NCBI GenBank assembly: GCA_050298595.1
Contig: JBNKUM010000070.1
Span: 1 to 64,000, forward strand
Reading direction: 5' to 3'
Source: Gammaproteobacteria bacterium
GTDB taxonomy: Bacteria > Pseudomonadota > Gammaproteobacteria > GCA-001735895
Length of the DNA: 64,000 nucleotides
Part shown: piece by piece, positions 50,839 to 60,816 of the stretch
How positions within the stretch are numbered: the first letter of the stretch is position 1
Layout: each line of letters starts with the position of its first letter
Made by a program: the position numbers and the translations under genes
The notes under the pieces: generated by a model
Seen by the model: the letters and a program-made list of their open reading frames with translations, nothing else
Told to the model about the DNA's origin: nothing
The model's database searches: none

Positions 50839-52078
50839 AGCGTAAAGCCTCCGCAGGTTGGGTTTTGGACGCGCGTAAAGCCGGATAGATGGTAGCCAGT
50901 ATAGAGAGCACGAAAGACATAACACCAATTCTTATCACATCGGATATTTCCATCTGCGAGGGTAATTCAGTAATGGGATACACGCCCGTGGGTAAAAACT
51001 GGGTATGAAAAAAATGTTCCAGCGCGGGCACTATGACGCTGACATTGGAAGCGACTATAACCCCAAAAAACACCCCAAGCAGGGTGCCGAACAAACCAAT
51101 CAAGGTACCCTGAATCATAAACACTACAGTAACCGATGAGGGCGATAGACCCAGCGTACGCAGTATGGCGATATCAGCCTGCTTGTCAGTAACCACCATC
51201 ACCAGTGTCGATACGATATTAAAAGCCGCTACCGCTACAATGAGTGAAAGGATGATAAACATCACGGTTTTTTCAGTCTGCACCGCCTTGAAGTAATTGC
51301 TATGGCGCAGTGTCCAGTCAGACACCCAGTACTCAACACCGAGTATCTCGCGCAAATCATGGCGTACCGTAGGCGCTCTATCCATATCGTTTATTTTCAG
51401 GCGCAGGCCAGACATGGCACCATCCATGCGAAACAATTTAGAAGCATCTTCAGCATGAATCAATGCCGAGCTACGATCATACTCATACACGCCTATCTCA
51501 AAAATACCGACCACCTTGAAACGACGTAACCTGGGTAAGAACCCCACCGGGGAAACTCTGGATTGAGGCGTGATCATGGTCACCCGGTCACCGGGTGAAA
51601 CATCCAGATTCGCAGCCAGTCCTGATCCGAGAATAATCCCGTACTCGCCAGCGACCAGATCGGTCAATTTACCAAACTGCATGTTTTTATGAATCTCTGA
51701 AACCCCCGGTTCCAGTTCAGGTATAATGCCACGCACGATAGTTCCGCTAACCGAAGCCTGATTAGATAACATAGCCTCAGCATCGACATAAGGCGCTGCT
51801 GCTACCACTTCTTTATCTTCCATTACCTTTTCGCTGGTAGCCCTCCAGTCTTTGATCTTATTGTCAAAACTGGTCACGGTGACATGCGACACCATACCAA
51901 GAATGCGCCCTTTCAGCTCTTCTTCAAAGCCATTCATAACGGAAAGCACAACGATTAACGCCATCACTCCAAGGATGATTCCCAACATGGATATCATTGA
52001 AATGAAAGAGATAAAATGGTTGCGACGCTTGGCTCGGGTATAGCGTAACCCGATAAGTAATTCGACTGGAAAATTCAT
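50831..52078 (-). CDS. Lipoprotein-releasing ABC transporter permease (single LolC/E)
   Basis: IGLRYTRAKRRNHFISFIS, VLSVMNGF, VAAFNIVSTL, PAEALRYE. Confidence 0.93.
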   Translation of the reverse strand: MNFPVELLIGLRYTRAKRRNHFISFISMISMLGIILGVMALIVVLSVMNGFEEELKGRILGMVSHVTVTSFDNKIKDWRATSEKVMEDKEVVAAAPYVDAEAMLSNQASVSGTIVRGIIPELEPGVSEIHKNMQFGKLTDLVAGEYGIILGSGLAANLDVSPGDRVTMITPQSRVSPVGFLPRLRRFKVVGIFEIGVYEYDRSSALIHAEDASKLFRMDGAMSGLRLKINDMDRAPTVRHDLREILGVEYWVSDWTLRHSNYFKAVQTEKTVMFIILSLIVAVAAFNIVSTLVMVVTDKQADIAILRTLGLSPSSVTVVFMIQGTLIGLFGTLLGVFFGVIVASNVSVIVPALEHFFHTQFLPTGVYPITELPSQMEISDVIRIGVMSFVLSILATIYPALRASKTQPAEALRYE

Positions 52079-52206
52079 GGGCGGCATTAAAGCACGAATG
52101 CTATTTAACTCCAACAGCGGCGTCATTTTTTTCACAGTTGATGATCCGCTTTGTCATGCTATAGTTACATCAATAAAATAAACCCGACCACTGGAGATCG
52201 AAGGTC

Positions 52207-52500
52207 ATGTCAATAGTTAAACAAATATTTATTGCTCTGCTATTTATTGCATCCAGCAATTTGCAGGCAGATAGGCTGGTTATCCCGGGTCACTATGACA
52301 CAAACTCAACCACAGTCATGCCTAAACGCGGTAGCTCAATGGAGCAGGTGCTAGCCAACTTTGGAGAACCGGAAAGAAGAATACCTGCAGTTGGTGAACC
52401 ACCAATCTCAGAATGGGATTACGGCGATTTTCGCGTTTATTTTGAATATAACATCGTTCTGCATACTGTAGACCTTACTACTCTTATCATGCCCAAATAA
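52207..52500 (+). CDS. Small exported protein (SmpA/BamE-like fold possible)
   Basis: RBS GGAG and signal peptide; P.RG.SM.QV...FGEP...VGEPPISEWDY. Confidence 0.75.
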   Translation: MSIVKQIFIALLFIASSNLQADRLVIPGHYDTNSTTVMPKRGSSMEQVLANFGEPERRIPAVGEPPISEWDYGDFRVYFEYNIVLHTVDLTTLIMPK

Positions 52501-52704
52501 CTTTAGAACTGATTGATATAGCTGTTTTTATTAATATTCATTAAATTAATTATGGTTATTCTCTGTATCTTCAAGTTTTCTATAGAATATCAATAACTTA
52601 AGGATATTTTTTCCATTGCATATGACCTCAACATCGTTACAATTAGTTCTAAAAAACAATTAGCAATATGGAATAAAAAATTAGCAACTACGTGGAGTAA
52701 TAGT

Positions 52705-52889
52705 ATGAATAAATTACTGGCTGTATTGCTTACAGCTTTGCTGGCACTACTCGTTGGACAGACCTCCGCCGCCACCAGATCCTTCCCCGATCAATCTATT
52801 GATTCACTAAATTCTTCGCTGGTATGCGATAAAGAAACAGAGAAGAAAATGACGATTTACCAGAAGAAATAGAACCAGAATGTGATTAA
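52705..52889 (+). CDS. Small exported acidic protein, apparently frameshifted (55 aa as read; ~61 aa ending EEIEPECD if one base is restored)
   Basis: RBS GGAG at 52694 and a signal peptide MNKLLAVLLTALLALLVGQTSA. In-frame stop at 52870-52872; the -1 frame continues EENDDLPEEIEPECD* to 52889. Confidence 0.6.
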
Positions 52890-52922
52890 TCCCATCAATC
52901 ACAATTTAACAAGATTCCCTCC

Positions 52923-52953
52923 CATGCGATTTTATATTTAAAAAAATCGCATG
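52923..52953. promoter_or_regulatory. Inverted repeat upstream of the rhodanese gene (operator or terminator)
   Basis: CATGCGATTTT-N9-AAAATCGCATG. Confidence 0.55.
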
Positions 52954-53043
52954 AGTAAGAATAAACTAGCCCCTGAATCTTTCAAGGTGCCATATAACAA
53001 AATCATCACTACTGAGAATCCTTAAAATTAAGGAGGAGACATA

Positions 53044-53700
53044 ATGAAACTAACTAAAATTCTAGCAGCTTGCGCATTAACGGCAGGCTTGATATTCAGC
53101 AGTACAGCCTTTTCTGCGGCAGTCAATATCACCCCAGACCTTGAAAGCATTGCTGTTATGCATGGTGGCAAATCTGTCACCATCATGCGTAATCAAAATG
53201 AAAAGAACACCGTGAACCCAGCGTATGCTAAAACTTCACGCCAGTGCCCTCCTTTCTGCATTCAGCCATCGACACTGGCACCTGGAGTTGAAACCATTGC
53301 TGAAAACGAAGTCCTTCATTATCTGAAAATGATGAATGATGGAGATAAAACAATCCTGGTTGTCGACTCACGTACACCAGACTGGGCAGCTAAAGGTACT
53401 ATCCCCGGAGCAGTCAATATTCCATGGACTAAACTCAACCCTGACAAAGGTGCTGATCCGATCTCAATCGGTGAAATTCTGGCAGATTCTTTCAACGCCA
53501 AAAACCTGGAAGGTCTATGGGATTACTCAGATGCTAAAACACTGGTCATGTTCTGTAATGGCATGTGGTGTGGACAGTCTCCTAACAATATTATGAATTT
53601 ACTCAAATTCGGCTACCCTGCACACAAGATTAAGTGGTATCGCGGTGGTATGCAGGATTGGGAAATTCTGGGTCTGACTACGGTTAAAGCAGCCAATTAA
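53044..53700 (+). CDS. Periplasmic rhodanese-like sulfur transferase (SoxL-like)
   Basis: Strong RBS AAGGAGG and signal peptide; CPPFCIQP, DSRTPDW..GTIPGA.NIP, FCNGMWCGQS, WYRGGMQDW. Confidence 0.85.
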   Translation: MKLTKILAACALTAGLIFSSTAFSAAVNITPDLESIAVMHGGKSVTIMRNQNEKNTVNPAYAKTSRQCPPFCIQPSTLAPGVETIAENEVLHYLKMMNDGDKTILVVDSRTPDWAAKGTIPGAVNIPWTKLNPDKGADPISIGEILADSFNAKNLEGLWDYSDAKTLVMFCNGMWCGQSPNNIMNLLKFGYPAHKIKWYRGGMQDWEILGLTTVKAAN

Positions 53701-53721
53701 GAGCATTGCAAACCGACTTTT

Positions 53722-53748
53722 AAGCGGCAGCCTGGCTGTCGCTTTTTT
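53722..53748 (+). terminator. Rho-independent terminator
   Basis: AAGCGGCAGC-CTG-GCTGTCGCTT followed by a T-run. Confidence 0.8.
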
Positions 53749-53859
53749 ATACCTGAAATCCTGCGCTTAATCGTATATTTCTGACTGATATCAATCAGGG
53801 GGGTTATCTGCCGAGCATAAGCGTGTAAAATCCCTCGCTTTTAATCCACCGAACTTATC

Positions 53860-56800
53860 ATGTTACAGCGGCCAGTTCCGGCAATTGCTACCCCGCATAA
53901 AACCGGTCAACTCTATGGAAGCAGTCGAAGCCTGTTTCTTTCACAACAGATCCGACAGTTTAAAGGCCTTTCTGTCGTCGTTACTGCGGATATGGCCGAA
54001 GCAGAACAGCTGGAAAAAGAGATCCACTTTTTTCGTGAAGACCGCCTGAATGTACTGCACTTTCCCGATCTTGAAACCCTGGCATATGATCACTTTTCAC
54101 CCCATCAGGATATTATATCTGAGCGTTTACGCTGTCTTTCAGTGCTACCGAGTTCAAGCGGTCGTGCCATATTATTCATTTCTATAGGCACCCTGCTACA
54201 GAAGGTCGCTCCGCGTAAGTACATTTCCGGCAGATCCTTATCGCTCGCTACCGGAGACCGTATTAATCTGGATAGCTTTAAGAAACAGTTAACAGAACAA
54301 GCCTATCAATCGGTCTCGCAGGTTGAACAACATGGTGAATTTACCGTACGCGGCTCAATCATCGATTTATTCCCCATGGGAAGCGCAACCCCATTTCGCA
54401 TAGAATTATTTGACGATGAAGTGGAATCAATTCGAAGTTTTGACACTGAATCACAGTGCTCGATCAACAAACTGGATCAGTTTGAATTACTCCCTGCCCG
54501 AGAGTTCCCGCTAGATGAAGAAGGCATCAAAACCTTTCGCCAGAATTTTCGCCAAACCTTCGAGGTCGATCCCAATAGCTGCCCAATTTATCAGGATGTG
54601 AGCCAGGGCATTTCCTCACCTGGTATAGAATATTATCTCCCCCTGTTTTTTGATCCGCTGGATTCGCTGTTTGAATATCTACCAGAAAAAACTCAGATAT
54701 TGATGGATCAGACTGCATATGACAGCTGCGACCTGTTCCTGCAACAGGTGAATGAAAGATACGAATCACGTCGTTATAACATCTCTCATCCCCTGCTTGA
54801 ACCCTCGCGCCTATTTCTTAGCAAACAGGAACTTCAGCAACAGGCCTGTCGATTTCCACTATCGTTGTACGCATCCAGTAAATATCTGGAAAACGAGCCC
54901 GACGCTGTCAACATTGACCTGAAGCCAGCGCCTCCACTAGCCATTCAGCAGCATTCGGATGAACCGCTACTGGCGTTAAAAAATTACCTGGCCTCGCTTA
55001 CTGATCATAAAATCCTGTTCTGCGCTGAGTCGACCGGGCGTCGGGAGTTCATGATCGAAATGCTGCAGCACCATGGCATTCGACCCAGCACAGTTAAAAG
55101 CTATATCGACTTTATGTCGCACACCAGCGCGGGCCTGTTCATCACAGTTTCACCGCTGGAAACCGGTATTCAGCTGGATGATTACGGCGTTACACTAATC
55201 ACTGAATCCCAGCTTTTTGGCGAACGAGCACGTCAGACACGTCGACGCAAATACCGCAAAACAAGAGATAGCGAATCGGTCATCAACAACCTGACCGACC
55301 TGAGTGAAGGTGCTCCGGTAGTTCACGAAGACCATGGTATTGGTCGATATCGTGGTTTAAAGACCCTGACCGTTGCTGATATTGAAACCGAATTTCTATG
55401 TATTGAGTATGCCAACCAGGACAAGCTCTACGTTCCAGTATCATCGCTGCATCTGATTTCACGCTATACCGGCGCCAGTGAAGAGAATGCACCTCTGCAC
55501 AAGTTAGGCACCGATCACTGGCAAAAAGTACGTCGCAAGGCACAGGAAAAAATTCATGATATCGCAGCCGAGCTGCTAGAGATCCACGCCAGACGTGCTG
55601 CGCTTAAAGGATTTGAGTTCCAACTGAATAAGGATGAGTATCAACGATTTGCCAGCGACTTCCCGTTTGAAGAAACCCCCGATCAGGAAAGTGCGATTCA
55701 GGCCATTATCGATGACATGACCTCTCCGCAACCCATGGATCGTATTGTATGTGGTGATGTCGGATTCGGTAAAACCGAAGTCAGTATGCGTGCAGCATTC
55801 ATCGCAGCAAATGCAGGCAAACAGGTTGTCGTTCTGGTACCGACCACTTTGCTCGCACAGCAACACTTTCAAAACTTTCTGGATCGTTTCGCCGACTGGC
55901 CTTTTAAAATCACTCTACTTTCACGCTTCACCGCTAAAAAAGATCTGGATGAAGCATTGAAGCAAATCCAGAGCGGTGTCATCGATATCGTTATCGGCAC
56001 CCATAAATTACTTTCCGATGCGATAAAGTACCGCGACCTTGGGCTGGTGATCATCGATGAAGAGCATCGCTTCGGGGTACGCCACAAGGAAAAACTCAAG
56101 GCCTTACGAGCTCAGGTTGACCTGTTAACACTCACTGCCACACCTATTCCGCGTACTCTGAATATGTCCTTATCAGGCATGCGCGATCTATCGATCATAG
56201 CTACTCCACCGATGCAGCGCCATGCCATCAAAACCTTTGTCGCACAATGGAATGAAGAAACCATTGTCGAAGGTTGTCAGCGTGAGCTGAAACGGGGTGG
56301 CCAAATCTACTTCCTGCATAACGAAGTGAAAAGCATTGAAAAAACCGCGTCCGAACTCGAACAACTCATACCCAATGCGCGTATCGGAATTGCCCACGGC
56401 CAGATGAAAGAGAAAGAGCTGGAACAGGTAATGCTCGACTTCTACCATCACCGCTGCAATCTTCTAGTGTGTACTACTATCATCGAAAGCGGTATCGACG
56501 TACCCACAGCTAATACAATTTTCATCAATCGTGCGGATAAACTTGGTCTGGCACAGTTGCATCAGATACGCGGACGTGTAGGACGCTCACACCATCGTGC
56601 TTTTGCTTATATGATCACGCCACACCCCAAATCCATGACCAGCGATGCCCGTAAAAGACTACAGGCGATAGAATCACTGGAAGACCTGGGAGTGGGCTTT
56701 ACCCTGGCTTCACACGACCTTGAAATTCGTGGGGCCGGTGAATTGCTGGGCGATGAACAAAGTGGACAAATCAGTGAAATCGGTTTCACACTGTATTCAG

Positions 56801-57312
56801 AGCTACTTGAGCGCGCAGTAAAGTCGCTCAAATCAAATAAGAGTCTGGGTGATGATCAACCATTGATGCGGGCATCCGAGATTGACTTCCATATCCCGGC
56901 GCTGATTCCCGAAGATTATATACCCGACGTACACCATCGTTTAATCGAATACAAACGCATTGCAACCGCCAGCGACGATAATCAAATTAAAAACCTGAAA
57001 ATGGAGTTGATCGATCGTTTTGGTTTGCTGCCGCAACCCTTGCAGAACCTGTTCCGTATTTCGGAAATGAAATTAATCACTCGCTCTATCGGTATACAAA
57101 AAATTGATTTTGGGGCAGTATCAGGCAAAATAATTTTTAGCCAACAACCCAATATCGACCCGATGAAAATCATTCAGCTGATTCAAAAATACCCTCAAAA
57201 ATACCAGTTTGACGGCAAACAGACCTTAAGCGTTTTACAACTGCAGGAAGACCTGGATGAACGATTTACGCAATTGCAACAATTACTCAAAGGATTCACT
57301 ACTCATGATTAA
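53860..57312 (+). CDS. mfd: Transcription-repair coupling factor
   Basis: 1150 aa; CGDVGFGKTE, IIDEEHRFG, TATPIPRT, QIRGRVGR, DLEIRGAG. Confidence 0.98.
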   Translation: MLQRPVPAIATPHKTGQLYGSSRSLFLSQQIRQFKGLSVVVTADMAEAEQLEKEIHFFREDRLNVLHFPDLETLAYDHFSPHQDIISERLRCLSVLPSSSGRAILFISIGTLLQKVAPRKYISGRSLSLATGDRINLDSFKKQLTEQAYQSVSQVEQHGEFTVRGSIIDLFPMGSATPFRIELFDDEVESIRSFDTESQCSINKLDQFELLPAREFPLDEEGIKTFRQNFRQTFEVDPNSCPIYQDVSQGISSPGIEYYLPLFFDPLDSLFEYLPEKTQILMDQTAYDSCDLFLQQVNERYESRRYNISHPLLEPSRLFLSKQELQQQACRFPLSLYASSKYLENEPDAVNIDLKPAPPLAIQQHSDEPLLALKNYLASLTDHKILFCAESTGRREFMIEMLQHHGIRPSTVKSYIDFMSHTSAGLFITVSPLETGIQLDDYGVTLITESQLFGERARQTRRRKYRKTRDSESVINNLTDLSEGAPVVHEDHGIGRYRGLKTLTVADIETEFLCIEYANQDKLYVPVSSLHLISRYTGASEENAPLHKLGTDHWQKVRRKAQEKIHDIAAELLEIHARRAALKGFEFQLNKDEYQRFASDFPFEETPDQESAIQAIIDDMTSPQPMDRIVCGDVGFGKTEVSMRAAFIAANAGKQVVVLVPTTLLAQQHFQNFLDRFADWPFKITLLSRFTAKKDLDEALKQIQSGVIDIVIGTHKLLSDAIKYRDLGLVIIDEEHRFGVRHKEKLKALRAQVDLLTLTATPIPRTLNMSLSGMRDLSIIATPPMQRHAIKTFVAQWNEETIVEGCQRELKRGGQIYFLHNEVKSIEKTASELEQLIPNARIGIAHGQMKEKELEQVMLDFYHHRCNLLVCTTIIESGIDVPTANTIFINRADKLGLAQLHQIRGRVGRSHHRAFAYMITPHPKSMTSDARKRLQAIESLEDLGVGFTLASHDLEIRGAGELLGDEQSGQISEIGFTLYSELLERAVKSLKSNKSLGDDQPLMRASEIDFHIPALIPEDYIPDVHHRLIEYKRIATASDDNQIKNLKMELIDRFGLLPQPLQNLFRISEMKLITRSIGIQKIDFGAVSGKIIFSQQPNIDPMKIIQLIQKYPQKYQFDGKQTLSVLQLQEDLDERFTQLQQLLKGFTTHD

Positions 57313-58108
57313 GATCCTGCACCCTCTATTGCTGGGTTCGCTTTTATTATTCAGCCATAACCTGTTCGCACAGGATAAAAGCGAAGATCCTGCGTTGAAG
57401 TACTACGACGTAGAAATCATAGTCTTCAGAAACGACAACGTTCCACGCAGTCACGAATTCAACCTGCCAACACCATCAGCTACCGTAGCTGCAAATGCAC
57501 TAGATTTATCAAGACCAGAGAGTATTAAACAGGCCAAAGCAAAAGGGTACACTGCACTCAAACCCGAAGAGCTGCGCTTGCTTGATAAGGTAACAGGGAT
57601 CATTAAATCCAGTCGATATAGCCTGTTATTGCATACCGGCTGGCGCCAGCCTGGAACTGATGAAAAAGACAGCATTCCCGTATGGATTAAAGGAGGCAAG
57701 GTATATAGCGATGGCTATTCATCTATAGATCAATTTCGAGAAATCAAAAATGTCACCCCAACAAACGAATTTCAAAACGAATCGTTAAGGGTGGCAAACT
57801 CAGTCCCGGATAAACAGCTCATAGCTCCAAAAGGCCTGTACGAACTAGAAGGCCAGATAACCATTACTCTGTTACGCTATCTGCACACCAAGGTAGAACT
57901 GGTGTTGAGAAAACCAGCAACACCGGTCGAGTTATTACAACAAAATTCCAACCCCGAACTGCTGGATGAGAATCGGGTTATTGAAGGGCAGTTATTGCTC
58001 AATTATGGGCTTAACGAAAAGCGCCGTATGCGCAGCAAAAAACTACATTACCTGGACAGTCCTGAGTTTGGCATGCTGGTATTGATAACGCCTTATGCAG
58101 CACCATAA
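57305..58108 (+). CDS. CsiV-family peptidoglycan-binding protein
   Basis: YDVEIIVF, LLHTGWRQP, RYLH, RRMRS..LHYLDSP.FGML; follows mfd. Confidence 0.85.
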   Translation: MIKILHPLLLGSLLLFSHNLFAQDKSEDPALKYYDVEIIVFRNDNVPRSHEFNLPTPSATVAANALDLSRPESIKQAKAKGYTALKPEELRLLDKVTGIIKSSRYSLLLHTGWRQPGTDEKDSIPVWIKGGKVYSDGYSSIDQFREIKNVTPTNEFQNESLRVANSVPDKQLIAPKGLYELEGQITITLLRYLHTKVELVLRKPATPVELLQQNSNPELLDENRVIEGQLLLNYGLNEKRRMRSKKLHYLDSPEFGMLVLITPYAAP

Positions 58109-58150
58109 CCAACACCTCAGAAAGAGCCAGCAAGCGGCTCATCGCCCATT

Positions 58151-58451
58151 TTATAGATAACAAACCTGACAAGGATTAATAAGGCCGTTTGCGAGGCGAT
58201 TAGTAAGATCAATACTGATAATAAATGAAGGGGTGCGCCTGACCAGATCTTCTATCAAAGCCAGTTCAGCATCAGTGTGCTTGATAAAAGGGGCGGGATG
58301 GATCACCTGATCACCTTTACCCGGCAGTATGTACAACGGCTGATCATGATATTTTGAAATCACCTGCTGCATTGCTTACAGCTGAAATAATACCCAGGCC
58401 AAGAGTCCTGATTAAAAACTCTCTTTCTGGGTCACCATGCAATTGCTTCAT
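58151..58451 (-). pseudogene. Internally deleted remnant of an exported protein
   Basis: ATG at 58451 gives a signal-like MKQLHGDPEREFLIRTLGLGIISAVSNAA and then stops. Another frame carries SKYHDQPLYIL...PAPFIKHTDAELALIEDLVRRTP, resembling the C-terminus of a FecR-like family. Confidence 0.45.
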
Positions 58452-58492
58452 AACTCTACTTTAGATAGGTTTTACGAATTAGCATAACCTAA

Positions 58493-58651
58493 GGAACCTC
58501 TGATCAATTCGTGGATCGGTGTGTGGTGGCTGAAACAATCCGGCTCAGCGTTGAAAAGTTTCGCAATAGCTTGCTATTACGTGCACTTTTCGCCTTGATC
58601 CGAACTATTTCATCTCACCACACGCTCGAGCCAGAATTAATCAGAGGTTCC
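58493..58651. mobile_element. 159-bp MITE, IS5-family-like ends
   Basis: TIRs GGAACCTCTGATCAATTC / GAATTAATCAGAGGTTCC (17/18 match), flanked by a CTAA direct repeat at 58489-58492 and 58652-58655. No ORF. Confidence 0.85.
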
Positions 58652-58762
58652 CTAATTCATCCAAAAAATTGAATGCATCAATCTATTTCTTTTGCAACTT
58701 GTTGTTTTTAGCTTAAACAGGCAAACTAGGTCCCACAGAACCAGAATTTGCAGACTCTCATA

Positions 58763-59538
58763 ATGAAGACTCTAACCAAGTTTATTGCCATACTCTGCAT
58801 AGCTGTTACTCTGCCACTTAATTTACATGCTGCAGATCCAGTGTTTAACCTACAACTTACACTCTCGAGTGAAGATTTTGGGGGCAGTAAACAAGACAGC
58901 TATAAAAAGGTGACCGGCTCGGTTCGCTCAAAGTTGGGAATATCTCGTAACTCAGCATTCAACCTGAATGCGGATATTCATACCCGTGCCTATAATAATT
59001 TTGATCAATGGGACAGTGATGGATTACTATTGGAATCAATCTATGGCTTCTTACCAACAACCGGATTCGATAAACCCACCTACATGATAGGAGTACGTCA
59101 TGAGCTTGAATCATTCGATGACTCACAACGAGACTTTAGTCGAACATCATTGTTCCTTGCCGTTTTATTGCGACTGGACGACAGCCTTAGCATGACACTC
59201 GGTATCCAGTACTCGGAAAAATCAAGCGATGAAAAAGACGATAACATTACAGCAGTATTTGTTAACTCAGATAAACGTTTAAATGAAAAATGGTTGACCT
59301 GTTTAACATGAAATATGAAGCAGAATCTGGAGCACCCAACCCCAACTGGCCTTCATCAGCCAGCGGAGCAGACGTCAATACCGACTCTAATAACATTATT
59401 CTGAGCATAGGTGCAAACTATTCCATAGATAGTCATCACGCCATTGATGTATCATACCAGCGTCAGAACTATGGTATTTCAGACAACCCGGATGTCACAG
59501 GTAATGTGGCTTTTCTCGATTACTTTTACAAATTCTAA
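58763..59538 (+). pseudogene. Outer membrane beta-barrel protein split by a 1-bp frameshift near 59298 (pseudogene or assembly error)
   Basis: Signal peptide in ORF 58748-59311. The overlapping ORF 59290-59538 ends in a barrel signature DYFYKF. Adding one base at ACCTG joins the frames (KWLTLFNMKYE). Confidence 0.7.
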
Positions 59539-59541
59539 TCC

Positions 59542-60219
59542 ATGACTTCAAAACACTTACGAATACCACTATTTCTTTCTGCCGTATTACTTTCCAGTTC
59601 AACCCTGGCAGAGAGCCTGTATATTACCGACCAGTTTGAGGTGACTTTGCGTAGCGGCTCCAGTACCTCTAACAGCATTATCTCTATGCTTAAGAGCGGG
59701 CAAAAGGTTAAACTGATAGAACAGGATGTAGCAACCCAATACTCTCTTGTAGAAACTGCTGATGGCAAAAAAGGTTATGTTTTAACCCGCTATCTCGACC
59801 AACAGGCATCGGGACGCGATCGCTTTGATGCTTTACAAAAACAAAGCGAGCAACTCAAAAAAACCATTGCAGAGTTAAAGCAACAGCTTAAGGACTTTAA
59901 AGACACAAAAATAAGTGACGACCAGAATATCAAACAGCTGAATCAGGATTTAACTCAAACCCAGAAAACTCTGAAACAACTCAGAGAAGATACCAGCGAT
60001 ACAATACGGGTACTGGAACAGAATGAAAACTTGCAAACTCGCATAAATGTACTGGAAAACGAAAAGAAAATACTAACCGACGAGAATGCGAAATATAAAG
60101 ACAGGAACGCTATGGACTGGTTTATTCGAGGCGCAGGAGTATCTTTCGCCGCATTTTTAATCGGTATTATCGTGACCCGTATTCGTTGGAAAAAACAGGA
60201 TTCATGGGGCAGTTACTAA
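59542..60219 (+). CDS. SH3 domain protein (TIGR04211/YgiM-like)
   Basis: YITD..EVTLRSG, coiled coil, C-terminal WF..GA TM and basic tail. Confidence 0.85.
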   Translation: MTSKHLRIPLFLSAVLLSSSTLAESLYITDQFEVTLRSGSSTSNSIISMLKSGQKVKLIEQDVATQYSLVETADGKKGYVLTRYLDQQASGRDRFDALQKQSEQLKKTIAELKQQLKDFKDTKISDDQNIKQLNQDLTQTQKTLKQLREDTSDTIRVLEQNENLQTRINVLENEKKILTDENAKYKDRNAMDWFIRGAGVSFAAFLIGIIVTRIRWKKQDSWGSY

Positions 60220-60788
60220 TGGCTAGAACAGCGTCAACCATGCTTGATCTGGGCACTGCTGCAGCAGATTTCAGCCTGCCCGATACCGTCGATAACATGG
60301 TGAGTCTTTCTGATTATCAAGCTGAACCCCTGTTGGTTGTATTTGCCTGTAATCATTGCCCTTATGTATTGCATATTCTGAAAGCATTTTGCGGCATGAT
60401 GCGTGAGTATAAAAAACAGGGTTTGGCTACAGTGATGATCAACGCCAATGATGTGAGTAATTACCCGGATGACAGCCCGCAGAAAATGCGTGAATTAAGT
60501 ACCCAATATCAGTTTTCATTTCCCTATCTTTTCGATGAGAGCCAACAGACAGCTAAAGCTTACCGAGCTGCCTGCACACCAGACTTTTTTCTGTTTGACC
60601 GATCGCACCAACTGTTTTATCGCGGTCAGTTTGACGCTTCACGGCCTGGTAACAAAGAGCCTGTGGATGGTCGAGACTTAAGAGCGGCAATTGAAAATCT
60701 GCTACATGAGAAAGCCCCTCCAGAGCAACAACTTCCTGGCCTCGGTTGTAATATCAAGTGGAAAACCGGCAATGAGCCCGATTATTGA
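60219..60788 (+). CDS. Thioredoxin-fold AhpC/TSA-like protein
   Basis: CNHCPYV, YPDDSP, AACTPDFF, GCNIKWK. The ATG overlaps the upstream stop. Confidence 0.9.
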   Translation: MARTASTMLDLGTAAADFSLPDTVDNMVSLSDYQAEPLLVVFACNHCPYVLHILKAFCGMMREYKKQGLATVMINANDVSNYPDDSPQKMRELSTQYQFSFPYLFDESQQTAKAYRAACTPDFFLFDRSHQLFYRGQFDASRPGNKEPVDGRDLRAAIENLLHEKAPPEQQLPGLGCNIKWKTGNEPDY

Positions 60789-60816
60789 AGTTTGATTGGG
60801 TCTGAACGACTATACT

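Noticed and set aside
50831-52078. Only one LolC/E permease gene
   Set aside because: Single LolF-type permeases are known in many Proteobacteria.
52881-52903. CRP/FNR site TGTGA...TCACA
   Set aside because: The spacer is 13 bp rather than 6; more likely a small hairpin at the end of the small ORF.
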